Positions 39,029-48,652 of a stretch of 64,000 bases of DNA are shown here, in pieces. The notes beneath the pieces were generated by a model, which was given only the letters and a program-made list of their open reading frames with translations, was not told the DNA's origin and made no database searches. How positions within the stretch are numbered: position 1 is the first letter of the stretch; the number at the start of each line of letters is the position of its first letter. The translations under genes were made by a program, and so were the position numbers. This DNA comes from Candidatus Bathyarchaeota archaeon (lineage in GTDB: Archaea; Thermoproteota; Bathyarchaeia; Bathyarchaeales; Bathycorpusculaceae), in NCBI GenBank assembly GCA_963702095.1, contig OY969706.1:2048001-2112000 (forward strand), written 5' to 3'.

Positions 39029-39879
39029 CTAAGCGTCTTTTGTGTTGCCGCCGACCATCTCAACGATCTCTTTTCTGGCTTCGCCAATAGTCAGCGGATA
39101 GGGTTTATCGGGCATAAGCTGGTGGTGCTTGCTTAAAATCTCAAAGAGATGCGTGATTCTTGGCAACCTCAAATCCATGCTCCGCAAAGTGTCCGCTTGA
39201 GAGAACACCTCTTGCGGTTTACCATCCAAAACGATTTGCCCCTTGTTTAGTATGCAGATTTGGTCTGCGAAAAGCGGCACCAAGTCCACATCATGAGTAG
39301 CTATAATGAGGGTTAATCCCAATTCTTTGTTGAGTTGCTGGAGCAAAGCCAATATTTTGCTTGATGTGCGGGGGTCAAGATTAGCCATAGGCTCGTCTAA
39401 AACTATGATTTCGGGCTTCATGGCTAACACGCCAGCTAAGGCGGCGCGTTTTTTCTGTCCAGTGCTAAGGTTTTGGGGAGGCTTATTCTCTAGTTCCATT
39501 ATTTCTGTGGCTTCAAGCGCCCATTTTACCCGTTCTTGAACTTCCGTTTTCGGTAAACCCAAGTTAATGGGCCCAAAAGCAACGTCTTGGCCGACTGTGC
39601 GTGCAAAGAGTTGGTCGTCGGGGTCTTGGAATACTAAGCCAACTTTTTGGCGCACCCAATCAAGGTTTGAAGCGGTGACTTCTTTTTCGAGAACCATGAC
39701 TTTTCCTGAAGTTGGCATGTTTAAGCCGTTGAAATGGTGGAGCAACGTTGATTTGCCTGCGCCGTTTGGCCCAGGATTGCCATGTTTTCGCCTTTTTCAA
39801 CGCTGAAGTTGAGGTCGTTGAGGGCTTTTGTGCCGTCATGGTAAGTATAAGTTAAATTGACTGTTTCGATTGCTTTCAA
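39029..39879 (-). CDS. cbiO: ECF transporter ATPase (frameshift near 39770 in Walker A)
   Basis: Adding one G restores LGPNGAGKST; VFQDPDDQLF; LSTGQKKR. Confidence 0.88.
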
Positions 39880-39898
39880 ACAGGTTACCTTTCTTGTT

Positions 39899-40681
39899 TT
39901 AGATGACGAATGCGTCGAGTAGGACAACGCTTATACTAGCAGCAACAACTAATAAACCTACAAATACATCGAGCCGCGGTATCTTTCTGTTTTCATAAGT
40001 AAAAAGCGTGTATTTTCCAGTGTATCCTCTGGAAACCATGGCGTTGCCGACTTTAACTGCTCTGTCAAACGACCGTAGCAGCAGGGACCCTGCTATGTTG
40101 CCGTAATTAGCTATTTTGCCTAAATAGCTGACTTTGCCTGAGTGCCCGCATCTTGACTGCTGAGCACGGTACATGCGTGTGCTCTCGTCTGAGAGTATGC
40201 CGATATAACGGAACATCAAAAGCATTGTGTCAATTATTACTGACGGTACTCGGAACCAAGATAGGGAATCCATGACTGTTGTGATGGGTGTAACGAGGAT
40301 AAGCAGGTTTAGAACTGAAACCGCCGATATGCAGCGGGTGAACACGAGGACTCCGAAGTAGACGCCGTCTGAGTATAGGGGGATGTTTATGCCGGGAACT
40401 GTTGTAAGCACTACTGAGCCATAGGTAAAGGGCATGATTATTGCTACAAAAGCAACAAAGGTGATTGGGATAAGAAGTCTTTTACAGTAAACTGTCAAAG
40501 ATGCACGTGAATAGATTACCAGTCCGAAGCAAACGGCAAAGAAAAACAAAGGAACATACCAGTGCTGCAAGAAAACAATGCAGAATACCGACACTATGGC
40601 GCTGATTACTTTTATTCGAGCGTCTAACCTATGCAATGGAGAATTTCCTTCAGTGTACTCTTCGAGGTTTATTACGCGCAT
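39899..40681 (-). CDS. cbiQ: ECF transporter T component
   Basis: SPLHRLDARIK; FRYI; AQQSR and AMVSRG motifs. Confidence 0.92.
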   Translation of the reverse strand: MRVINLEEYTEGNSPLHRLDARIKVISAIVSVFCIVFLQHWYVPLFFFAVCFGLVIYSRASLTVYCKRLLIPITFVAFVAIIMPFTYGSVVLTTVPGINIPLYSDGVYFGVLVFTRCISAVSVLNLLILVTPITTVMDSLSWFRVPSVIIDTMLLMFRYIGILSDESTRMYRAQQSRCGHSGKVSYLGKIANYGNIAGSLLLRSFDRAVKVGNAMVSRGYTGKYTLFTYENRKIPRLDVFVGLLVVAASISVVLLDAFVI

Positions 40682-40818
40682 CAAATCTTAAACGGGTCCG
40701 TTTTTCTTATTCGCTTTAGTTTTCTAAGTTTCAGGTTTCTTCCGATGATGAGGAAAACGAAAAAACCAACGGTTGTTAGTATACCAACAAGTGGGTCACC
40801 CAATAGCCATTCCAGCAT
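40681..40818 (-). CDS. 45-aa single-TM microprotein between cbiN and cbiQ
   Basis: MLEWLLGDPLVGILTTVGFFVFLIIGRNLKLRKLKRIRKTDPFKI; TAATG and TGATG overlaps with both neighbours. Confidence 0.75.
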   Translation of the reverse strand: MLEWLLGDPLVGILTTVGFFVFLIIGRNLKLRKLKRIRKTDPFKI

Positions 40819-41120
40819 TAGTTTACCCTCCCTGAAGTTGTACTCTTGTTAAATACTGAAGGCATTATGTATCCAACGATGAATCCGCCGACTGCACCAG
40901 CTATGAAGAATGCAACGTATTCGCCCTCTTCGCCGAATGCTTCAATGGTAAAGGGTGAATAGGTTGTGCCTCCTCCCCCTAGGTCGTTCACTATGTCATC
41001 TGTTGCCGCGTTGCCGCCCACAGCATAGCCGACATAGGCGCCTACAATCATGACGGCTACAATCACAACCATGGTTATTAGGGCGTATTTTGTAAACTTA
41101 TCCATATCTTTTACCACCAA
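40818..41120 (-). CDS. cbiN: CbiN-like two-TM subunit
   Basis: TM-ATDD..YSPF..GE-TM (GAVGGFIVGY); follows cbiM. Confidence 0.8.
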   Translation of the reverse strand: MVVKDMDKFTKYALITMVVIVAVMIVGAYVGYAVGGNAATDDIVNDLGGGGTTYSPFTIEAFGEEGEYVAFFIAGAVGGFIVGYIMPSVFNKSTTSGRVN

Positions 41121-41761
41121 CCTCCATATTTCAATAATTCAGGTCTATGATTTGCCACATACTGCACCGCCGCGGCGCTAAACCCGAATTCCAACACTGC
41201 CAAAGGAATCTGAGTTGGCAAATATCCAAGGGTGAATATTCCCCACCACTCAAAAAAGCTTGTAGGATGCAAGGAAAGCGCCATCTGGAATGCTGCCGCA
41301 ACATAAGTCATCAAATCACCGATCAACGCGCCTACACCTGCTGAGAGCCAGATTGATGCACCTGCCTTTCTCAAGCCGCGCCAAACAGCATATCCGGTGA
41401 ATGTTCCAACGATACCCATGGATATAGTGTTTGCGCCTATGGTGGTTATGCCTCCGTGGCCGATGAATGTTTGGAAGAATATTGCAATTGCAGAGATTAC
41501 GACCGTTGGAAAAGGCCCAATTATCATTGCGGCCATAGGACTTCCTGCTGGGTGTGAACATGACCCTGTAACTGGGACGGGGATGTGCCAGACTGAAATC
41601 ACAAAAACAGCTGCACCTAAAAGGCCCACTATTGACATGTAAGCGGGGTTTAGTTTGCGTCGTTTGTTTATTTGTGCTGCACCGATTGCTACAAAGATTC
41701 CTGCTACTATGAACCAAGCTATACACCATTGTGGGGTGAGGATTCCGTCGGATATGTGCAT
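41111..41761 (-). CDS. cbiM: ECF S component, cobalt-type
   Basis: MHISDGIL N-terminus; TGSCSHP; HGGITTIGAN. Confidence 0.93.
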   Translation of the reverse strand: MHISDGILTPQWCIAWFIVAGIFVAIGAAQINKRRKLNPAYMSIVGLLGAAVFVISVWHIPVPVTGSCSHPAGSPMAAMIIGPFPTVVISAIAIFFQTFIGHGGITTIGANTISMGIVGTFTGYAVWRGLRKAGASIWLSAGVGALIGDLMTYVAAAFQMALSLHPTSFFEWWGIFTLGYLPTQIPLAVLEFGFSAAAVQYVANHRPELLKYGGWW

Positions 41762-41804
41762 ATTTTTTTTCCTCTCTCTTGGATGGTATATCCAACCCGA
41801 AAAC

Positions 41805-41844
41805 TTATAAACATTCGTTTAACTTAAGTTTAACATCAGGTTGA
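41805..41844 (-). promoter_or_regulatory. TATA + operator TTAACTTAAGTTTA in the cbiM/regulator divergon
   Basis: Palindrome 41819-41832, 6 bp from the TATA, followed by TCAGGTTGA. Confidence 0.72.
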
Positions 41845-41848
41845 ATTA

Positions 41849-42679
41849 ATGATGGGCAAGCAATCCGATACTCGCCTCCTACAAAACAAAGGCGAATTCA
41901 CCAAATTCCAAATCCTCCTCGAAATCATGCGCAACCAACCCCACGTTAAACAAAAAGACATCGCCGAAAAACTCGGAATCACCATACAAGCGGTCTCAAA
42001 ATACTTCAAAAAACTCGCCAGGGAAGGATTGCTGGAATCCAGCTCTGAGAGGGCAGATTATCGTTTAACCCCTAAAGCCCTTTCCACGCTTCAGGAGAAC
42101 TTGAAGGGGTTAGAAAGATACGTTAACTCAACAAAGAACGAAATGAAAGTTGAGCGATCCCTCCCCGCCATAGCAACCATGCCAGTTAGAAAAGGAGAAG
42201 TAGTTGGTTTAATCATGAAAGGAGGAGTCGTATACACTGTTCCTTCGGATCACTCTGAAGCAAAAGGCACTGCACTGGAAGATGCTCAACCTGGAGAAGA
42301 TTTAGGATTAACCAATTTACAGGGCAAAATAAGTGTTAAAGAAGGAAAAATTCTCATCCTAAAGTTACCCAGCATAAGAAAAGGTGGGTCGCGAGCAGTC
42401 GACCTTGAAAAAGTCAAGGCGTTCTATGACGAGTTCAAACCTGACCGCGTCGGCGTTATGGGCGCAGTTGGAAGAGCGGTAGTAAACAAGTTAGGGCTCA
42501 AAGCAGACATTGAATTCGGAATCAGCCGCGCCGCAGCCATAGCAGCGTCGAGAGGACTAAACGTTTTGGTGCTGGTTGTAGGCAGAATGAGTAACCGCAT
42601 GACAGAAGAAATAGAGAACGTAAACATGAAAAACACCGCCAACATCAGCTACGAAGTCCGCGACGCAGTCAAAAAATAG
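41849..42679 (+). CDS. MarR-like winged-helix transcriptional regulator with C-terminal sensor domain
   Basis: TKFQILLEIMRNQPHVKQKDIAEKLGITIQAVSKYFKKL...YRLT; divergent from cbiM. Confidence 0.85.
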   Translation: MMGKQSDTRLLQNKGEFTKFQILLEIMRNQPHVKQKDIAEKLGITIQAVSKYFKKLAREGLLESSSERADYRLTPKALSTLQENLKGLERYVNSTKNEMKVERSLPAIATMPVRKGEVVGLIMKGGVVYTVPSDHSEAKGTALEDAQPGEDLGLTNLQGKISVKEGKILILKLPSIRKGGSRAVDLEKVKAFYDEFKPDRVGVMGAVGRAVVNKLGLKADIEFGISRAAAIAASRGLNVLVLVVGRMSNRMTEEIENVNMKNTANISYEVRDAVKK

Positions 42680-42684
42680 CCAAA

Positions 42685-43517
42685 TTAGAATTTACGGAGG
42701 TTTTTTGTGAGGACCGCCAGAGCTTCATCGTAAGTTATTGGCACCTCATCTATAACTCCCAATGCTTTGAGTTTACCGAAAAGCCGTGCTATCGAGGGCG
42801 GTTCAAGCCCTGCCGATTCAAGCAAATGTTCGTCTTGGAGAACCTTGTGCATTTCGCCCCCGCCAAGCAGCGAACCGTGGCTGACAACAACAACGCGGTC
42901 TGCAAGTTCAGGCAATGCCTCAACGTCGTGAGTGGAGATGACAATTGTGGTTCCTTCGGCGCTGAGTTCGTTAAGCAAGTCGATAAGCCCTCTTCTTGAC
43001 ACTAAATCCAAATTTGCAGTAGGCTCATCAAGGATTAGCAGTTCGGGTCTTAGAATCAGGGCGGTTGCCAGGGAGACTTTTTTCTTTTCTCCGAAGCTTA
43101 GCCTGTGGGGTGGGCGGTCTTTGAGGTGGCTTATGCCGATGTCTTCGAGGATGTGGTCGCATCTTTGGCTTATAACTTCAGGGGCTAATCCGAGGTTTTT
43201 GGGCCGTATTCTATGTCTTCTTTTACGCTGGGGGTGAAGAGTTGGTCGTCGGGGTCTTGGAAGACGATGCCTATGCGTGAGCGTAGTTTGGGGAAGTCCT
43301 TCGAAGTGGTTGGTTGACCGAACACTTTGATGTGGCCCTTACTTGGAGTCAGCAGCCCTGCTATGAGGAGAATCAGTGTGGATTTGCCTGAACCGTTAGG
43401 CCCTAGAATTGCGACTCGCTCGCCGGGCTTAATCTCAAGAGACACACCCTTCAGTGCACTGACGCCGGCTGGGTAAGAAAACTTTACATCTTCCACAGAG
43501 ACAATCGATTCGGTCAT
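42685..43517 (-). CDS. ECF ATPase CbiO/NikO (frameshift near 43198)
   Basis: GPNGSGKST; FQDPDDQLF; adding one A joins YGPKNLGL...LSFGEKKK...LDEPTANLD. Confidence 0.88.
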
Positions 43518-43529
43518 GTACTGGGCCTT

Positions 43530-44343
43530 CTATGACAGCGCAAATAATGCAACAGTGATTATTAACGCTGACGCAAAAGCCACATCATAAACGTGGAAAG
43601 ACGGAAGTGAGGACTTGGCGCTTTTTTCTATCTCGAACCCACGGGCTTTCATGGCTAAATAGACCCGCTCCGAACGCTCGTAGGTGCGGATGAACAAAGT
43701 AGCTACTACTGATCCTAAATCTTTGAGGGCTTGCATATTGAACGTCTTTTTATGCACGTAGGTCCGGGCTTCTTTTGCTATTAAGACGCTTTGAGCCTCA
43801 TGGACAGATACAAAAAAGTACCGGTAAGTAAGGCTGAATAGTTGGACAATTACGCTAGGAACTCTCATGGCGGAGAGAAGCGCTAACATTTTGTCAAACC
43901 CTGTGGACAAAATCAGCGATATTAGGGATGCCACACAGAACCATACACGAACAGTGAAGACGGCAGCATTTGTCAGACCCTCGACAGTTACTGTTAGGTG
44001 CAGGCCGCCGAGGCTAGCTCGCCCAAATGGGGGTTCCTGCGGCAAAGAAGATGGGGGGTATTGAGAGCAATGCTGCTAAAGCTGTTACAAAAGCGGTTCT
44101 TACGAAAAAGTGCGTAAGCGGAATCCTCGATGAAACCGCTAACACAATTGGAATTATGCAAAGTATAAGCAGGTATGATAGGTTAAAAATAAAGAGGGAA
44201 GCCACAATCATCGCGACTACCGCTACCAGCTTGGCTAAGGGATTAATCGATTGCAAGAGGCCTTTTCTGTTGCTTAAGTCTTCTAAGTAAACTAGTGATT
44301 CTGCGCCTTCCATTAGGTCTCTTAGGGATTGCGGTGCCTTCAT
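43530..44343 (-). CDS. ECF T component CbiQ/NikQ (frameshift near 44022)
   Basis: GLLQSINPLAKL in the 5' frame; TYRY, AKEAR and AMKARG in the 3' frame. Confidence 0.85.
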
Positions 44344-44347
44344 ATGC

Positions 44348-44632
44348 TTAACTCTTTTTCCTGCCCAAGGCTTTAGCAACTGCGAAACCTACAATGAACA
44401 ACAACGCTGTTCCGCCTATGCCGATAATCAGTCCGCCTGTTGTACTATCGATGCCAGCGATTGAATAATCTGCGAATGGCGCCTCATAGACGGGTGATTC
44501 TTGTGCGCCGAGTTGTTCTGCTTTTACGTCAAGTGTCTCCATGGCGTAGGATAGGAAGAAAACGCCGATGAGGACAAAGATTATGGCTACTGTTAAACCC
44601 ACTATGATTGTTTTCTGGTTTTTAGTTACCAT
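44348..44632 (-). CDS. NikN/PDGLE-like subunit
   Basis: TM-ETLDVKAEQLG...APFADYSIAG-TM. Confidence 0.78.
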   Translation of the reverse strand: MVTKNQKTIIVGLTVAIIFVLIGVFFLSYAMETLDVKAEQLGAQESPVYEAPFADYSIAGIDSTTGGLIIGIGGTALLFIVGFAVAKALGRKKS

Positions 44633-44635
44633 TCC

Positions 44636-45324
44636 TTATGCCTCCACTGGTTGTTTGTTTTTGAACATGCTTAGTTTGCCTAAAATTGGGCTTCTTTCCA
44701 AGACATCAGGGCGCAGTTTGAATAATGTGCCAATGATGATCACTGAAACTATGCCCTCTGCCACGCCAATGATCGAGTGATTCAGCGCCATTGCGGGAAC
44801 TGCAATGCTTAAGCCGTATTGGAAGGTTGGTGTAGATAAGCCGAGTTCTGTGCCTGCTGAGATGGCTGCGAGCACGTCACCGACGAACGCTGATATGAAT
44901 ATTGTAACGAATATGCTGGTCATGGTTTTTAATTTGAAGACTTTGTTGGCTACTAAGAATATGATGCAGGGGACAAATATGCCGATTATGCCCATGTTGA
45001 GGACGTTTGCGCCTAGTGTTGTGAGTCCGCCGTCGCCGAAGAGGAAGGCTTGCAATACGAGGATTATGGTGATGGAGATGCAGCCTGCGAAGGGGCAGTA
45101 TGACGGCCGATGGTTGCGCCGCCGAGTAAGTGTGCTGTTGTTCCTCCGAGGATGGGGTAGTTCATCATCATTGCTGCGAAGAAGAGGGCTGTGAGTAGTC
45201 CCATTATGGGTATTTGTTGTTCTGTTAGTTTGCTTTTTTTGACTGATATTCCCCAGAATATGATTGTTATGATGAATGCGGGTATTATGACGTATAGTGT
45301 TAGGAATCCGTCTGGTATGTGCAT
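44636..45324 (-). CDS. ECF S component NikM/CbiM (indels near 45100)
   Basis: MHIPDGFL; GGTTAHLLG; QAFLFGDGGLTTLGAN. Confidence 0.88.
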
Positions 45325-45347
45325 ATTTTTTACTCCCTAGCTCTCGA

Positions 45348-45375
45348 GTATTACGTTTGTTTAGAAAAGTGTTAC
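45348..45375. promoter_or_regulatory. NikR-like operator (imperfect) between TATA and nikM start
   Basis: GTATTAC-N14-GTGTTAC. Confidence 0.65.
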
Positions 45376-45441
45376 GTTTATATTAAGCTTTTGCGTGAAA
45401 TAACCCAATCCGACCCATTCAAAACCCTCACGGTGAAGCAA

Positions 45442-45672
45442 ATGGTTGAAGCACTCACAAAAGAAAAACTCAAAGAAAGAGAATTAATCCGCATGTTCGA
45501 GCCCATAGAGGGCGAAATAAGCTTAATCAAAGCAAACGCAAAATTCAATCACACAGTAAATAAGACGCCTGAGCGGGAAACAAAGATTATTCTAGCCTAC
45601 GCCGAAGACACTCAACACCTTGTTCGCATCCTAAAAGAGAGGATAAAGCTGCTGTTGGATGCCACAAGCTAA
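45442..45672 (+). CDS. Hypothetical protein
   Basis: Charged helical ORF; start uncertain. Confidence 0.4.
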   Translation: MVEALTKEKLKERELIRMFEPIEGEISLIKANAKFNHTVNKTPERETKIILAYAEDTQHLVRILKERIKLLLDATS

Positions 45673-45698
45673 CCTTGTCTACGGTGGCCAGATAATAG

Positions 45699-45830
45699 TT
45701 TTTGTTTTTTAGTGTTAGATGAAGCGGGGAGTCCTTTACTCTTCTTCTTGCTGCGGGGTTGGCATGCGGTTGCTTTTTGGTTTGGTTTGTGTGTTGGGTT
45801 GCTGGTTGGTTGTGGCTGGTTCCTCATGCG
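45699..45830 (-). repeat. Dispersed repeat family 2, copy B
   Basis: Reverse complement matches 22473-22607. Confidence 0.8.
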
Positions 45831-45892
45831 GAGGGAACTTGTTTGGCTCTGTTCGAGAAGTATATTCCCCCCCCCCCCCACAAACACCTATA

Positions 45893-45920
45893 GTATTACT
45901 TATTTATAAAAAGGTAATAC
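45893..45920. promoter_or_regulatory. Perfect NikR-like operator straddling a TATA box
   Basis: GTATTAC-TTATTTATAAAAAG-GTAATAC. Confidence 0.75.
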
Positions 45921-45954
45921 TTATATCTCTGCCGCACTTATGCATACAACGCAA

Positions 45955-46130
45955 CTAAGCAGTCGGGAACAGTTAGTACTGCCCTACTAACGCAAAGCAA
46001 TCCCCTCCCGGTGCTGCGCCAAAACTGAACCTTTCGGTTGGCTGTAAACAACCGAAACCCCAAAAGGGCGATTAGGCAAACACCGCGACTTTTAACGCCT
46101 AATCGGGTTTCCTTGGCGCTTCGGGCTTCC
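45955..46130. ncRNA. Candidate multi-stem non-coding RNA
   Basis: Perfect stems 45972-78/45985-91, 46032-40/46049-57 and 46069-77/46097-105; the latter two are enclosed by 46016-22/46113-19. Confidence 0.55.
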
Positions 46131-46162
46131 AAAAAAATAGACAATTTGAAAAAAGTTAGCGG

Positions 46163-46937
46163 TCAAGCGAGAGGGGCTATAGGGATAATGTACGGACTTT
46201 TCCTGCTGTAGTTTATCTCTACTTCCACACCATAAACTAACCGTATGTTTTCAGCAGTTAAAACAGAAGAGGGATTGCCTGCAGCATAAATGTTGCCAGC
46301 CTGCATCATCATGATTCTGTCACAAAATCTCGAAGCCAGATTCAAGTCGTGAATTGCGATGACAGCGGATAAAGATTGTTTTGAAACGATTTCTCGGGTG
46401 AGACTCATAACTTCGAGTTGGTGTCTTATGTCTAAATTGCTTGTTGGTTCGTCAAGGAGGAGAACCTTTGCTTCTTGGGCTAAAGATCGGGCTATGAGAA
46501 CCCGCTGTTGCTCCCCGCCGCTGAGTTCAAAAAAGTTCCGCATTGCGATGTGTTCGATGTTGAGGGCTTTTAGGGCTGCCCATGCTTTCTGGCTGTCTTT
46601 TTCGCTGCCCGCCCAAGTAATGTGGGGTCTTCTACCCATCAAGACGATTTCGTAAACAGGAAGTCCTTCGGGGTTATCGACTGAGGTCTGAGGGACGTAT
46701 CCAAGGTGTTTGGCGACTTCGAGGCGGTTCATTTTTTTTATTGATTTGCCATCTAGCATTATTTTGCCTTGTGTTGGTTCGATGATTTTGTTTATACATT
46801 TGAGCAGGGTTGTTTTTCCTGAGCCGTCGGGCCTGGATTAGGCGTAGTACTTCTGAGTTTTTGAGTTCTAAGGAGATGCCTGCGAGTGTGGGGTTGCTGC
46901 GGTAGCTGAATGTTATGTCTTGTACGGTTATGTTCAT
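46163..46937 (-). CDS. ABC importer ATP-binding protein (indels near 46830)
   Basis: MNITVQDITFSY; disrupted GPxGSGKTT; LSGGEQQR; HDLNLA. Confidence 0.85.
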
Positions 46938-46980
46938 GGTGTTGTCTCGGTTAGGGTTTAGTCTTTTTTGTGGTATTTGA

Positions 46981-47045
46981 GTATTACTTTTCCAGCGTTT
47001 GGTAACACAACACATAAGTATTACATTTTTACAAAAAAGTAACAC
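46981..47045. promoter_or_regulatory. Two tandem NikR-like operators in a divergent promoter
   Basis: GTATTAC-N14-GTAACAC at 46981-47008 and 47018-47045. Confidence 0.8.
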
Positions 47046-47056
47046 TGTGACCGAAT

Positions 47057-48575
47057 ATGAAAACAGTAACCATAGCAGCCATCCTGCTCATAACAATAGT
47101 CGTCATATCCTCAGCCGTAATAGGATACAGCCAAAACTGGTTCCAAACACCAGCCCCAGAAGCAACCTCAACACCCCAACCAACCACCACTCCTACCGCA
47201 ACACCAACCACACAGCCCACGGCAACAACAAGCCCAACCGCAACAGCCAAACCAACCGCCACTACCCAACCGACCCCGACACCAACAACTCAGCCCACAA
47301 CAGTCGCAGCCATGGACTTAACCCTTGAAATATACGGAAACGCCAACATGGATGATAAAATAGACGCAAGTGACGTAACTTACTTACAACAGGTAATCAG
47401 TGGTTCAAAAGAGGCCGACTCAGTTTGCTGATGCAAACCATGACGGCGCCATCAATTTGACAGACGTAGACCAAATCAACACCATCATAAACGGCAACGA
47501 AGAAAAAATCTACCTCTTAGACGGCAACAAACAGGAAATATCGGTTTCGCTGCCTGCAAACAGATTAGTAGTTGAATACAACCAAAACACCGAGCTTGTA
47601 CGGATACTTGGAGTAGAAGACCTTGTTGTCGGCATTGACTCTGGCGTTGAGCCAGTCAAAGAATTGTTCTTCCCAGACAACTACGCTGACATAACTTGTG
47701 TGGGACAAATGAGTTCACCGGACTACGAAGCAGTCCTGAACCTGAACCCCACCACATTGCTGACTTTCACAGCTGCCACCGCTGACAAAGCTGCACATCT
47801 ACCCGGCGTGGACGTGGTTTACTTAGGATTGTACAATCCAAACGTTACCAAGCCTGAAGATTCCAGATTCATCCAAGGCGTACTCAAAGCAGGCTACATC
47901 TTCGACAAAGTACCCCGCGCAACCGAATACGCAAACTGGATACTTAGCCTAACATCCGCCATCAACGAAAAAGTCAACAGCATACCAGAAAGCCAACTGA
48001 AAACAGTTATGATAACCAACTGCCCAACCCTCACCACCTCTGCCCCCAAAGCCTACACTGCACAGGACACTTTGGCGCAAGCATGCATTTTGTCTGGAGG
48101 CCAAAATATAGCTTCGTCGCTTACTGGTGCGTCCATAACCATCGATACTGAATATGTACTTGACCAAGACCCAGACTACATCTTCGTCCACACCGTACGG
48201 TACACATACGGCGGAGGCACCATGGAGCCACCACAAGGCATAGACGCTACCGAAATCGCAGGCATGCGCTACCAGTTGGCACAGTACATCGCTCAACCTG
48301 GCTTTTCAAACTTAACCGCAGTCCAGAACGGCCACGTCTACATGATCGCAGGCGACTTCCGAAACAACGCAATGGGCGGCACCTTAGGCGCAGTCTACAT
48401 GGCAAAAGTCCTCTACCCTGACGTCTTCTCTGACTTTAACCCGCAAGCAATCCACGAAGAATACCTCACACACTTCCTAGGCTTAGACTACGACTTAGAT
48501 ACAAAAGGTGTTTTCCTCTACCCAGCAATAACCGTCAACGGCGACACTGTAGGCATACCCAACGGAGCAAGCTAA
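47057..48575 (+). CDS. ABC substrate-binding protein with dockerin-like domain (frameshift near 47410)
   Basis: TM + Thr/Pro stalk; GNANMDDKIDASD and ADANHDGAINLTD repeats; class III SBP (DYEAVLNLNP, AVQNGHVY). Confidence 0.85.
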
Positions 48576-48652
48576 GAGATGGTGCAAGACTGTTTCTTCT
48601 TCCCCCTTTATTTTTTTCAATTTAGGCTTAACAGAAACCAAAGGTTGGTTTT

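Noticed and set aside
45867-45879. Long C homopolymer as a phase-variation switch
   Set aside because: Not within a credible gene, and homopolymer length is unreliable in this assembly
47150-47310. Tandem repeat or CRISPR array (also 36520-36680)
   Set aside because: These are Pro/Thr linker codons; no repeat-spacer array or cas gene is seen in the window
44014-47431. Pyrrolysine/selenocysteine read-through at internal TAG/TGA stops
   Set aside because: The downstream halves are in different frames, so these are indels rather than recoded stops
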